Below are positions 9,461 through 18,940 of a stretch of 37,405 bases of DNA, piece after piece; position 1 is the stretch's first letter; each line of letters starts with the position of its first letter. The position numbers and the translations under genes were made by a program. Below the pieces are notes generated by a model. The model was not told the DNA's origin. It saw only the letters and a program-made list of their open reading frames with translations, and did no database searches. Source of the stretch: a virus (Duplodnaviria > Caudoviricetes); the IMG/VR virus record IMGVR_UViG_3300043442_000666, positions 1-37,405 of that record; one strand, given 5' to 3'.

Positions 9461-10516
9461 TTATCCTGAACCTGTGTTCAAAATGGTTGAGTAGTAATCA
9501 CCTGTTCCCGTATAGGGAGTGGGGGCATAGGATACGATTTCAGTAGGCGAATAAACACTGCCACCCTCAGTATTCTTTTCCATTTGCTTTCTGCGTTGGT
9601 TGGCTTTCATTTGCCAAATCTGTTCGCGTGTCATCACATAAGGCGCAAATGGATCGGGCTTTCCCTGTGCCGCTGCTTGTGCCTGCGCCTGCGCTCGTGC
9701 GGCTGTTGGATTTTTTGCCTGCCAGTTCCAATAGTCCACCCATTGAGAATAATTCTCAGAAGTAATTTCATTGGATGGTGGCTTTTGCGTTGATGTTCCT
9801 TGTTGATTGGGAGCCATATAGGATGTCGCCGGATACGAAGATGCTCCCATTGCTGTAAATCCATTTGTCGGCGGTGTCTGGAATGGGGCTTGATTGAAAT
9901 ACACTCCACCTTGTAAGCCTGTTTGTACAGGGTTAACCGCCGCAGGATTCATACGTGTGGCTGGTGACAGCGTATTCATTCCACCCGCTCCCGTCTGCAC
10001 CCCTGCAAATCCGTTCTGTACAGGGACGAGCATGGGATTGACATTTCCACCCTTGCCCGGTGTGGACATCGTGGCATTACCACGTGATACCGCCACCCCT
10101 GAGTTTCCGCTGTTGTCATAGAACATACTGCCCGGCGTGTTGCGTCCCATCAGGACATCCGCCGCGCTTTGGAATACGTTCATAGTCGGCTGTTGGGTGA
10201 AGTTCATGGTGGTGTTGGCAGGCATGGACACGATCTGTCCATTCCCAAGTTTGACGCGGGTGTTGGTGTTCGCGGTGTAACTCGGTCCCGCTGGCAATGG
10301 CACAACATTATTACCCGCTACGTTCTGCGGGCGTAAGTTGGGATTCATGTAACCGGCGGGATAGGCGGGATTGTTCGCCGCAAATTTTCCAGCCTGTCCG
10401 TCTGCGGCGGTGGATTTGTAGCGCGTGCCGTTAGCCAGTTTGAAGGCTTGGGTTTTGAGGGGGGACGTTGACTTGTTGGCTTGTCTCAAGTCCTCGTCCA
10501 GTAATCGCTTTGCCAT
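9461..10516 (-). CDS. low-complexity N/P/Q/G/T-rich protein, probable internal virion protein
   Basis: 351 aa, GGAGG RBS, composition typical of disordered proteins, adjacent to the 1867-aa ORF. Confidence 0.5.
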   Translation of the reverse strand: MAKRLLDEDLRQANKSTSPLKTQAFKLANGTRYKSTAADGQAGKFAANNPAYPAGYMNPNLRPQNVAGNNVVPLPAGPSYTANTNTRVKLGNGQIVSMPANTTMNFTQQPTMNVFQSAADVLMGRNTPGSMFYDNSGNSGVAVSRGNATMSTPGKGGNVNPMLVPVQNGFAGVQTGAGGMNTLSPATRMNPAAVNPVQTGLQGGVYFNQAPFQTPPTNGFTAMGASSYPATSYMAPNQQGTSTQKPPSNEITSENYSQWVDYWNWQAKNPTAARAQAQAQAAAQGKPDPFAPYVMTREQIWQMKANQRRKQMEKNTEGGSVYSPTEIVSYAPTPYTGTGDYYSTILNTGSG

Positions 10517-10613
10517 TGATACCTCCGAGCATTTGTGTCTCGTGTCTTTCTATCGCCTTGCGTGCCATGACGCGGGCTTTTAATATCGCGTTTTGGAGAT
10601 TGCGCCTGTTCAT
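10431..10613 (-). CDS. possible small basic protein coupled to the portal stop codon
   Basis: ATGA overlap with the portal stop, but it overlaps the next ORF by 86 nt. Confidence 0.3.
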   Translation of the reverse strand: MNRRNLQNAILKARVMARKAIERHETQMLGGINGKAITGRGLETSQQVNVPPQNPSLQTG

Positions 10614-12484
10614 GCCAGTGCCGTCCCTTGTGAGTCCTGTCCTGTGATCTGCTCACGTCCCACGCCCGGTGCGCTCTGTTGGGGGGGCATACCACCATTC
10701 CGCATGTCAAAGCCCTGCGCTCCTGCGAACGCTCCGGCTTGTCGCATGTCCTGAGTCGCCATGTTGGGGTCTTGCGGCATCATCTGTTGCTGTTGTGCCA
10801 TTTGCTGTTGTTGCATCATCATCTGCATTTCCAAAGACTTCTGCTCCTTGTAGAGTTCAAGGTCGATCTGTTTCTTTTGGATTTGCATTTGTATCTCAGC
10901 ATCGAACAAAAGTTCTGAGGCGCGTTGTTCCTGTTCCTGCTCGAAGTTCAAGCCGCCCAATGACTCGTAGGCGGATTGTTTGGATGAGCCAAGTCTCTCC
11001 ACCTTGTTGATTTCGTTGGTGATGCGTCCCTGTTCATCGGTGATGGTGTTGGCTTTCAAGTCAACGGTGATGTAAAGCTCGTCCGGGTCGAAGTAGATGG
11101 CGTTCTCATTTTCCACAGTTTCAGGGGCTTCACCAGGCATAATGGCGATCTGCGCTCCGGCTTGCATGTCGGCGCGGTCACGATTCTTTGTGGAAGAACG
11201 GTACGCCATAAGCGGCTCTTTGGAGTGGTCGATCCAGCGGAATATCTGGTGGAAGCCTTCCGTCAATGCCTGCTCTGCTGTCAGCTTTGCCAAGCCAAGT
11301 TGTGCCATTGCCGCCTGCAACACGGCGTTGATGGAACTGAACGGGGTATTGGCTCCGGCGAAGCGTTCCACCGAACCCAAGACAGATGCAGCGGAGGATT
11401 GATATATCTGCGAATCCAAATCGGATTCTGTTTTCTGTAACTGCGGATCGAGCGGCGGGGGAGGGAGTACGCCCGCTTCCTGTCCTGTTACCAGTTCAAG
11501 ATTTTGGGAGGGATTGTCCGTGTTGATGTCCACATTATCAGCGGCGGACAACTTCTTCACCCAATACGATGGGTGTCCTGCCAACTGCACATGTTTTGAG
11601 AACACGATAGTTTTGATGATGTTGGCGTTCTCCCAAGTATCGTAGGTGGCTTTCAACAAAGGCTCCTCGTTATCCACCACCACCCACGGGATGAATCTCA
11701 ATCCGTGTTTTTCGTCCATGATGACGTAGGGGGTATCCTGTGAGCCGGAGAGAATATCCGTCCCCTCGGAAAACCAGATGACACGTTTTTCCCAATCGGT
11801 GTAATCGTAGAACACAATTTCAGTGGTGCGGTAGTCCGCGCCCTTTGTCTTTTCGTCCGAGTCAAGGACTTCGATGTATTCCTTGATGCCCTTGTTATCC
11901 TCCCCGAACTGGTATATCAAATCCTGCAAAGTTCGAGACTGTGCAAGTACCACGCACTCCAAGCCGTCATTCGACCAGCGGGGATAGACCGTCGAGGGGT
12001 GGTGTACGATAAAGTTAAAGTCGCCCTTCGACTTGATGGACTTGATGCGTTTGCCTGTCTGTCCCTTGCGAGAGTAAGGCAGGTATTCAGTCTGCATGGA
12101 CACGTTGCAGTAGTTGACGGCGGATTCAACCACGCGCCATAGGACGGATTTTTGTCGTCCTTGATTCAACTGCTTGAAGTGCCATTCGATAGCCGTTTCC
12201 ATCTTCTCCACCCGTTCCCATTCCTTTTCATCGGGGAATAGTGGATCAATGTTGACGGAGGGAAGAAGTGCGGAAAAGACGCGGGTGGCTGCCTGCGCCG
12301 CGTTACGAGGGGCAAGAGAGACGAACTTGCGATTGCCGATCCACGGGAGTTTTCGGAGTGCCTCTGGTAGCTCGAACTCCCCCGCGATCATGTCGTCTAT
12401 CTTGCGGTATTCCTCGTTACGCTCTGCCTTCCCTTGAATTTCCTCGTATGCAATGTTCTGATAATATTCGATTTTATTTTCCAT
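10610..12484 (-). CDS. portal protein
   Basis: 624 aa directly after TerL, with the Q/M/P-rich C-terminal tail typical of podoviral portals. Confidence 0.8.
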   Translation of the reverse strand: MENKIEYYQNIAYEEIQGKAERNEEYRKIDDMIAGEFELPEALRKLPWIGNRKFVSLAPRNAAQAATRVFSALLPSVNIDPLFPDEKEWERVEKMETAIEWHFKQLNQGRQKSVLWRVVESAVNYCNVSMQTEYLPYSRKGQTGKRIKSIKSKGDFNFIVHHPSTVYPRWSNDGLECVVLAQSRTLQDLIYQFGEDNKGIKEYIEVLDSDEKTKGADYRTTEIVFYDYTDWEKRVIWFSEGTDILSGSQDTPYVIMDEKHGLRFIPWVVVDNEEPLLKATYDTWENANIIKTIVFSKHVQLAGHPSYWVKKLSAADNVDINTDNPSQNLELVTGQEAGVLPPPPLDPQLQKTESDLDSQIYQSSAASVLGSVERFAGANTPFSSINAVLQAAMAQLGLAKLTAEQALTEGFHQIFRWIDHSKEPLMAYRSSTKNRDRADMQAGAQIAIMPGEAPETVENENAIYFDPDELYITVDLKANTITDEQGRITNEINKVERLGSSKQSAYESLGGLNFEQEQEQRASELLFDAEIQMQIQKKQIDLELYKEQKSLEMQMMMQQQQMAQQQQMMPQDPNMATQDMRQAGAFAGAQGFDMRNGGMPPQQSAPGVGREQITGQDSQGTALA

Positions 12485-12494
12485 GCCCTATCCT

Positions 12495-14138
12495 TTACGC
12501 CCCCACGCTTACCCACGGACTGACTTTCCTTTCCTTGTGGACCGATAAGTTTTCCTGCGGCTGTGCTGGCAACGACAAGCACTCAGGGAAACAAGATACC
12601 ATGTGATATACAGCGTCCGCCACGTCCCATTCCTTGTCATGTTCGTCAATGTTCGGGAATTTATCCAAGAACGAACGAAAGGCATTGAGGAACGGGGTGT
12701 CTGCATCAGATACCAGTAACATGCCATTCTCCAACAGCGGAGAGAGTTCACGGTACAGTCTGTCGGACTTCTTGCCTTTGACTTGGTGGGGGAATACCTT
12801 TGCCCGCGGATTGCGCCTCATCAAGTTATAAAATTCCTCACCCTTGCCGTTCGTCTCAAGAGCCGTGTACCGAAAGGAGATACTGTTCTCCTGATACCGC
12901 AGGACGTATCCTTCTGCGTCGGCTTGGGTGCATTGTGCAACTACCCCATCCACTAGACAAATCGTGTTCTGGGGTGTCTTGGTTCCGAGGGCTATGGCAA
13001 AGTGTGAGCGGTTGCCCAAACTCTGTCTTGTCGGCATTTGGATACTGGCGTAGTCCACACCTGCGGCGCGGAGCCAGCTTGGATTGAGTTGTTCATGGGG
13101 GTAGGAATAATACTTGAACAGCGTCACCCCCGCTTTCTTCAAGTCGCACAGGAACATTCTTGCGAACTCGGACGAGCCAACCAACTGCCGCCACTTCTTG
13201 ATCTCATCGACAGTGAAAACTTCCTCCCACGCCAAGTCCACTTTCTTGCCGTCGTAGGTAAACCTTCCCTTTTCGTTCTCGGTGTAAACGGGAGTTTTTA
13301 CTTGTTTGAATATCCCTGTCCGTTTCATTTCCGAGTAGGTATCTTCTTCATCCCACGGGGTGAACGTAAAGGCTACGAACGGGCGGGGCTTGGCTCTGGA
13401 CATAACGGGCAGGATGTCGGCTTTTACGGTATTCACCACCGACTGTCTCTCCGCCTTTGAAGCGGTATTCTTCTGATTGTGGATGTCGTCCAGAAACAAA
13501 CAAAGCGTCGGATGTTTACCCACCGCACCCGATGTCACTGACACCGCCAAGAAGGACGGGTCGCGCCCGTGGTCGGACATGACTCGCTGTACCCATTCCT
13601 GATAGGGGACTTTGACATCCTTCAGGTGATAGCCTTCCGATCCCCAGCCTCTATCCTTGTCCGGCACGACATTGGGAAAGCATACCTTCCAGCCTGCGTT
13701 ACTCTCCACCGTGTCCGCGATATACTGCGCCATTTTCTTGGCATCTGACTCGGTGGAACAAATAATAAGCGACGACCGTTCGGGGTATTTACCAGAAAGA
13801 TACTCCACCATCGTCGCGGTAACTGTCGATTTTGTAGAACCACGGAAGCCCTCTATCATCACACCCGTTTCGTCAAAGTGCGCCTCCAACAAGGCTTTTA
13901 CCCACACTTCGGCATGGGGCGGCAATTCCCGCTTGTGCTTGCAGAAATAATAATTCCGAAATCCATCCAAGCCCACAGGTAACACTGTCACCAGTTGCCC
14001 GCGTACATGGACATTCATCAATTCTCTTGCTTCTTGGGGTAAAGACTCGATCTGTCGCTGTAACGCCAAGCGTTCCTCAGGAGAGGCAGTTTCAAGCCGT
14101 TTTACAAGTTCCCCCACGATTTTCAGTACATCAGTCAT
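12495..14138 (-). CDS. terL: terminase large subunit
   Basis: Walker A-like GFRGSTKST, Walker B LFLDD, FTPW motif, RNase H-like nuclease motifs GVDYA, LETN and HDKEWDVADA. Confidence 0.9.
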   Translation of the reverse strand: MTDVLKIVGELVKRLETASPEERLALQRQIESLPQEARELMNVHVRGQLVTVLPVGLDGFRNYYFCKHKRELPPHAEVWVKALLEAHFDETGVMIEGFRGSTKSTVTATMVEYLSGKYPERSSLIICSTESDAKKMAQYIADTVESNAGWKVCFPNVVPDKDRGWGSEGYHLKDVKVPYQEWVQRVMSDHGRDPSFLAVSVTSGAVGKHPTLCLFLDDIHNQKNTASKAERQSVVNTVKADILPVMSRAKPRPFVAFTFTPWDEEDTYSEMKRTGIFKQVKTPVYTENEKGRFTYDGKKVDLAWEEVFTVDEIKKWRQLVGSSEFARMFLCDLKKAGVTLFKYYSYPHEQLNPSWLRAAGVDYASIQMPTRQSLGNRSHFAIALGTKTPQNTICLVDGVVAQCTQADAEGYVLRYQENSISFRYTALETNGKGEEFYNLMRRNPRAKVFPHQVKGKKSDRLYRELSPLLENGMLLVSDADTPFLNAFRSFLDKFPNIDEHDKEWDVADAVYHMVSCFPECLSLPAQPQENLSVHKERKVSPWVSVGA

Positions 14139-14175
14139 CTAGTCTCTATATCGCCCCTTACAGCCCGTTCTGGAG

Positions 14176-14325
14176 TCATCCAGAGTACATCAGTTGCACT
14201 ATCTCCCGCTCCGGTATCGCCGCTTTCATCCACAGCCACTTGAAGAAATACGTCACGCCCCCAATCGTCAGCGTCCAGTTGGCGTTTACGTCGATTGCCT
14301 TCGTCGTCGTGATGATGCGATACAT
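14176..14325 (-). CDS. small hypothetical protein (49 aa), probably leaderless
   Basis: ATG at 14325 lies 6 nt after an extended -10 (TGcTACAAT, 14332-14340). Confidence 0.45.
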   Translation of the reverse strand: MYRIITTTKAIDVNANWTLTIGGVTYFFKWLWMKAAIPEREIVQLMYSG

Positions 14326-14447
14326 GCGCCTATTGTAGCACCGCGAATCAAAATAGGGGAGGGGAATTCCTGGAAATGATAAATATTTCTGCGGGGAGGG
14401 TACCCAACCAACGAACATACAAGCAAGCACACCGACACACCCCGTAC

Positions 14448-14996
14448 CTACTGTTTCTCGCCGCCACTGTCCGCCGCCTCGCCCTCGATGCCCGCCTGGC
14501 TCTCGATGCCTGCCGCGTCAACCACATCGCCATGCTTTCGATAATTACTATTATCACCACCATTCCCTGCCAGCATAGCCGCCAGCGCCTGCAGTCCCTG
14601 CGCCGACAACGTCACTGTTACCGCGTCACCCTGGGGCTGTGCCTGCTTTGCCTCGCTCAGCCCCGTCTCCTGGAGTAGGAAACGAGCCGCGTCGATAGCT
14701 TTTGGATCATCCGGGGTGGTAGCTTTGATGTACGCTGCCTCGGCTATGGCTGCTATCCAGGCGTCGTCACCGTATTTTGCGCGGTAGTCGTCACGTTCGA
14801 CGGCTGCGGCGGCGGCTTCGCTGATGATGTTCCGCTTCTTTTCTAGCCTCTTCGCTAGAAAATCGCTGGTGTTTTCTTTGGTAATCTGGGTGTTCTTTGT
14901 GGCTAGTTCAGGCTTCAACGCGACGATTCGCCCCTTGTCTTTATCGAACACAGCCCCATTTTTGTACACGCGGTACCGATCTACATCCTGTCCCAT
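14448..14996 (-). CDS. probable terminase small subunit
   Basis: 182-aa helical protein upstream of terL; AIDAARFLL helix and acidic disordered tail. Confidence 0.6.
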   Translation of the reverse strand: MGQDVDRYRVYKNGAVFDKDKGRIVALKPELATKNTQITKENTSDFLAKRLEKKRNIISEAAAAAVERDDYRAKYGDDAWIAAIAEAAYIKATTPDDPKAIDAARFLLQETGLSEAKQAQPQGDAVTVTLSAQGLQALAAMLAGNGGDNSNYRKHGDVVDAAGIESQAGIEGEAADSGGEKQ

Positions 14997-15002
14997 GCCG
15001 CC

Positions 15003-15038
15003 ATTGTACCATGTTTTGCACAGGTATTTTGCACAGGT
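15003..15038 (-). promoter_or_regulatory. extended -10 promoter for the head operon with upstream tandem repeat
   Basis: TGgTACAAT ends 6 nt before ATG 14996; TTTTGCACAGGT occurs at 15014-15025 and 15027-15038. Confidence 0.5.
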
Positions 15039-15140
15039 TTTGTAGGCGAAATTAGTACTTAATTCCTATTCTACTTTCGACACTTTGTACACTATACTTA
15101 CAACATAGTAATCAAACAAACAATAAAAGGAGAAAATAAC

Positions 15141-15395
15141 ATGAAATTTACAGAGATGGACCTCGGTAAACTAACATCACTTATAAACGAAGTTATGGAT
15201 AAATTTTCAGACAAAATAGTGATCGAACGCCCATTGGCACATTCTGAATTAGCTTTCAAGTGGAATGTATTTCACGTCACAATGCAATATCTACAATACA
15301 GTAATCGGACGGAAGATTACAAATTTATGCGTGATTTATACAATACATACAATGACGACCACATCACCACAGCATTAAACAGAATAATCAAGTAA
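15141..15395 (+). CDS. hypothetical protein
   Basis: AAGGAG RBS; AT-rich; C-terminal NDDHITTAL. Confidence 0.75.
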   Translation: MKFTEMDLGKLTSLINEVMDKFSDKIVIERPLAHSELAFKWNVFHVTMQYLQYSNRTEDYKFMRDLYNTYNDDHITTALNRIIK

Positions 15396-15420
15396 ACATA
15401 TCATATCTTTGGAGGATGAA

Positions 15421-15666
15421 ATGTTCAAAACACAGGAAGAAGTACAAGCACGCAGCAAGCTGATCAAATGTGAGGCATTGGAAACCTCAAAGGGCATCAA
15501 ACTTGGTGACACTGTGACTCACAAAGGGGTTGACGGGGAATTCCCCCCCACATCCGGCATTGTAACAAAAATTGAGTACTGGTTAGATTACGACCTTTCC
15601 TATTATCGCATCAAAATTGACACAGGGAATGGATATATCGAATCAGCAGAGGCACAATACCAATAA
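15421..15666 (+). CDS. hypothetical small beta-barrel (SH3-like) protein
   Basis: GGAGG RBS before ATG 15421; KLGDTV...GIVTKI pattern. Confidence 0.65.
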   Translation: MFKTQEEVQARSKLIKCEALETSKGIKLGDTVTHKGVDGEFPPTSGIVTKIEYWLDYDLSYYRIKIDTGNGYIESAEAQYQ

Positions 15667-15680
15667 GGCAGGTTATACCC

Positions 15681-15869
15681 GTGAGACATAACATGACAAT
15701 CACCCTCGGCTCCCTACGCATCACCCTATTCAAGTTTGAGCGCCTCGCCCGCTTCATCCCTCAAATTGACCAGACACAGCGGACACAGCAGGCACAGCAG
15801 ATCATCACGTCAGACTATTTTCAGACCATAAAACAGCAGGCACAGGCTTATAAAGCCGGAAAGGTATAA
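15681..15869 (+). CDS. hypothetical protein
   Basis: Tightly packed ORF in the plus-strand operon. Confidence 0.55.
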   Translation: MRHNMTITLGSLRITLFKFERLARFIPQIDQTQRTQQAQQIITSDYFQTIKQQAQAYKAGKV

Positions 15870-15870
15870 C

Positions 15871-16125
15871 ATGTCAAAATCAAACGAATTACAAAAGTAT
15901 TTTGAAGCTGGTTGGAACCTGAATTTCAGCGAAAACCCGCCTTATGCTTCATCTCCTATTGGATTAGCTTTTGCTGCTGGAGTTTGGGCTAGAAAACACT
16001 CATTACCATGCGGAGAAATTAAATCCAGCCGTGGTTATAAAATGATCGTAAATCGAGATTATATTTTGGATTTCAAAGACAGCGACTGCAATCCAAATGT
16101 AACAAGAAAACAGACAGTAGTATAA
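15871..16125 (+). CDS. hypothetical protein
   Basis: GAAAGG RBS; tightly packed. Confidence 0.65.
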   Translation: MSKSNELQKYFEAGWNLNFSENPPYASSPIGLAFAAGVWARKHSLPCGEIKSSRGYKMIVNRDYILDFKDSDCNPNVTRKQTVV

Positions 16126-16210
16126 CCCCTTGCGCTCCCCCTCTGCCCATCTGGTAAACAGGTGGGCAGGATGGACGGCACAAACCCAACAACCAAAAGG
16201 AGAAAATATC

Positions 16211-17008
16211 ATGTTGACAGTAGAAGAATACAAAGCCAAACGTTTAGCCAAGATCGAACGCCTCCGAGCAGCCGCAGAACGCGCACGCGCTGAGGGTAAA
16301 ACATCCATACAACAGGGTAACAGCATGTTTAAGGTTATCCCGTTCGGGCAGCCTATTTTGGTAGGACACCACTCAGAACGCCGAGATCGTAACTATCGCG
16401 ACCGCGCATGGAATAAACTCGGCAAAGGTTTTAAACTTATTGAGAAAGCCGAACGTCTAGAATCCCGCGCCGCCACCGTCGAATCCAATGACATGATTTA
16501 CACCGAGGACCCGCAAGCCGTTGAGAAATTAGAGTCAAAGCTTGATTTACTTCTCAAAGAACAAGCCGAAATGAAGCGGATTAATGCCGCACTTCGCAAA
16601 GGTGCAGACTTTGACACGCTCGAAATGTCACCAGAACACCGCGCCGAATTGTTGAGTGTTGACAGACACCAAAACTATTACCAACCCCGCAAGAAAGGCT
16701 TTCCGCCCTACATGCTAACCAGTATCAACGCCAAGATTAAGACCGCCAAACAACGCACCCAGATCGTAGAAGCAAAGCAAGCAACACCAGACAAAGACGA
16801 AGAACATGACGGCATCCGTGTAGAATGGCGGGCAAGTGAAAACAGAATCCGCGTGTTTTACCCCGGACGGGTTGACCTTGTCACTTTCAAGGCTCTAAAA
16901 ACACATGGTTTTCGCGTTTTACGCTCTGAGGGTGAAGGTGCTTTCTCAGCCTATTACAACCAGAACGCCGCGTATTTCGTGAAAACCTACATAAGAAAGC
17001 AGGCATAA
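16211..17008 (+). CDS. DUF3560-domain protein
   Basis: Signature IPFGQPILVGHHSERRDR; C-terminal ENRIRVFYPG...LKTHGFR; AAAGGAG RBS before ATG 16211. Confidence 0.85.
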   Translation: MLTVEEYKAKRLAKIERLRAAAERARAEGKTSIQQGNSMFKVIPFGQPILVGHHSERRDRNYRDRAWNKLGKGFKLIEKAERLESRAATVESNDMIYTEDPQAVEKLESKLDLLLKEQAEMKRINAALRKGADFDTLEMSPEHRAELLSVDRHQNYYQPRKKGFPPYMLTSINAKIKTAKQRTQIVEAKQATPDKDEEHDGIRVEWRASENRIRVFYPGRVDLVTFKALKTHGFRVLRSEGEGAFSAYYNQNAAYFVKTYIRKQA

Positions 17009-17009
17009 A

Positions 17010-17420
17010 ATGATCCCGAAATACATTACCCCGCAAATAGTACACCACCAGCCCGAAAACATTCCAGCGGACCTCCACCCGTGGCAGGACGAAAACAGCG
17101 GTATTTCAGCCCTTACCCAAGCCGCAGCCGATATAGCCAAAGGTAAAAAGGTAAACTTTGCCATTGGACACCGCTTAGAAGACGGTAGAACAGTCGTAGC
17201 AATTGATGAGATTGTGACCTTTGCAATGGGAGAAGGCGACAACCCTAAAGACGGTTATCAACCATTAACCCCGCGATATTGCGGAGAAGACAACGACCCG
17301 AACGGAGCAGGAAGTCACGCGCTTATCCCGTCTTGGTACGACTATTGTACCGACCCCGCGCATATTGCCGTAGCTCTCGCCCGCGCTTTCTCTGGAAAAT
17401 TGTACTTTCGAGTACGCTAA
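17010..17420 (+). CDS. hypothetical protein
   Basis: 136-aa ORF directly after the DUF3560 gene. Confidence 0.65.
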   Translation: MIPKYITPQIVHHQPENIPADLHPWQDENSGISALTQAAADIAKGKKVNFAIGHRLEDGRTVVAIDEIVTFAMGEGDNPKDGYQPLTPRYCGEDNDPNGAGSHALIPSWYDYCTDPAHIAVALARAFSGKLYFRVR

Positions 17421-17470
17421 CCCCTACCGCCCGCCCGTGGGCTGATAATACGCGGGCAGAAAGGTACAAC

Positions 17471-17809
17471 ATGAAACACACACCCGCACCGTGGAGACTT
17501 GACCCATATGGGGACGGAATGGCTCCGCATAGAATATACGCCGATCATGGATTGGTTTCCCATAAAGGGAAAAAATACCCTATGTACTCTATCATCTGTG
17601 ATGCAGATGGTTCTATGCCTGAAGATGTAACAATCGCCAACGCCCGCCTGATCGCCGCCGCGCCGGAACTGCTGGAAGCGTTAGAAACCATTTTACGACT
17701 GGCTGAAGCTGGAGTAATTCATCGCAATGAGACAGGCAAGCCGCAGTGGAGCTTGACCGACGAATTACAGACAATTGCCCGCGCCGCCATACAGAAAGCC
17801 GAGGGATAA
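17471..17809 (+). CDS. conserved phage hypothetical protein (HTPxPW...ANARLIAAAPELLEAL family)
   Basis: Characteristic N- and C-terminal motifs; GAAAGG RBS before ATG 17471. Confidence 0.8.
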   Translation: MKHTPAPWRLDPYGDGMAPHRIYADHGLVSHKGKKYPMYSIICDADGSMPEDVTIANARLIAAAPELLEALETILRLAEAGVIHRNETGKPQWSLTDELQTIARAAIQKAEG

Positions 17810-17813
17810 CGCT

Positions 17814-17993
17814 ATGAAAACAGAGTACATTGTTTTTTATGTGAAGTCTACAAATATGTGGGAATTGCACGAAAAAGACACTGGAAAAGACGCCGATTTA
17901 TTTACAAAAGACGGTGGCAGTAAAATTGCAGAATGTAAACTTCAAACCCCACTTATCGTAGCCTGCCGCCTATTGGAGAAAAACCATGCATAA
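17814..17993 (+). CDS. hypothetical protein
   Basis: GAGG RBS before ATG 17814. Confidence 0.55.
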   Translation: MKTEYIVFYVKSTNMWELHEKDTGKDADLFTKDGGSKIAECKLQTPLIVACRLLEKNHA

Positions 17994-18201
17994 ACAGAAC
18001 CGCCCCAACATGAAACAAGTATATTTATCAAACGAGGCGACCCAGATCGTCGCCCAAATGCCCAAGCGCGAAGCCTCCCGCGCCATCTCCGCCGCCATTG
18101 TCGCCATGTTCTCACCCGACGAACACAAGCGGCGCATGGCAGTACTCACCGCGCTGCTGTATGATGCGGAACTGGATACCGTTATGCCGAAAGACGAGTA
18201 A
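17986..18201 (+). CDS. possible ribbon-helix-helix DNA-binding protein
   Basis: KQVYLS strand followed by two helices; GGAG RBS. Confidence 0.45.
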   Translation: MHKQNRPNMKQVYLSNEATQIVAQMPKREASRAISAAIVAMFSPDEHKRRMAVLTALLYDAELDTVMPKDE

Positions 18202-18204
18202 TGC

Positions 18205-18244
18205 AAAGCCCTACCGCCAGCAGTGCAGTAGGGCTTTTTTATTT
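18205..18244 (+). terminator. intrinsic terminator, possibly bidirectional
   Basis: AAAGCCCTAC...GTAGGGCTTT followed by a T-run. Confidence 0.8.
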
Positions 18245-18386
18245 CCCCTCTATGTCCCCCGTATTCTGTCCCCCTGTTTCCTATGGTGTCCCCCTCTATA
18301 CCTCGCCAGTCGCCGCGTCCGTTTGCAGGCATTACACACGCGCCGCCTGCCTGTGAGCTGGACCGGACAATATTTGCATTTCATTT

Positions 18387-18719
18387 TTACCTATCAAACT
18401 GCCAAATCCCTACATGATTTTGAGCCAAGTGAAAAGATGCTATTTCACGCCTTCGCCATGCTGGGATTTTATTTTTCATATTCTCTGCATGAGTTACCAT
18501 TCTTAGATTTTCTTTCCGATTATCAAATGTGTTATTGTTTATATGGTCAATAACGAAACCTTTGGGAGCGTCTAGTATTGCCCTATGAAACAATATAGTT
18601 GTTTGTAAATAAGCTACTTCACCCCTGTTTTTATGGGCTTGCCAACTGTATTTTTGAAAAAGTGGCAAGTCCTCAGCGTCAATAATAAAATTGTATCCTG
18701 ATACATTTACCGTAATCAT
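18387..18719 (-). CDS. HNH endonuclease (HNH_3 type)
   Basis: FHRAIL...IDHINNNTFDNRKENLR. Confidence 0.88.
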   Translation of the reverse strand: MITVNVSGYNFIIDAEDLPLFQKYSWQAHKNRGEVAYLQTTILFHRAILDAPKGFVIDHINNNTFDNRKENLRMVTHAENMKNKIPAWRRREIASFHLAQNHVGIWQFDR

Positions 18720-18919
18720 AGAACTGTGTAATCCTCGTAATCAAAAATAAAATATAAACCGAATACATTTACACCTATAATTGTTACTGCATAATCTTCT
18801 TTGTCCATAATCCTGATATTCAAAACTGTAAACGGTTTGAAGCCTAAAAACAGTCTAAAACCAACACCAAAAATATCAACTGCAATCATTATGCTTCTGT
18901 AAAATATTTCAAATTCCAT
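18716..18919 (-). CDS. small hydrophobic hypothetical protein
   Basis: AT-rich 67-aa ORF with ATGA overlap into the HNH gene. Confidence 0.5.
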   Translation of the reverse strand: MEFEIFYRSIMIAVDIFGVGFRLFLGFKPFTVLNIRIMDKEDYAVTIIGVNVFGLYFIFDYEDYTVL

Positions 18920-18940
18920 AATAAAATTACTTTAATCCTT

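Noticed and set aside
17279-17470. N-terminal extension of the 176-aa ORF in the track
   Set aside because: It overlaps the upstream gene; the family motif and RBS indicate a start at 17471.
15141-18201. The plus-strand island as a second cassette array
   Set aside because: I found no R''/R' pairs or attC-like hairpins between these genes by eye.
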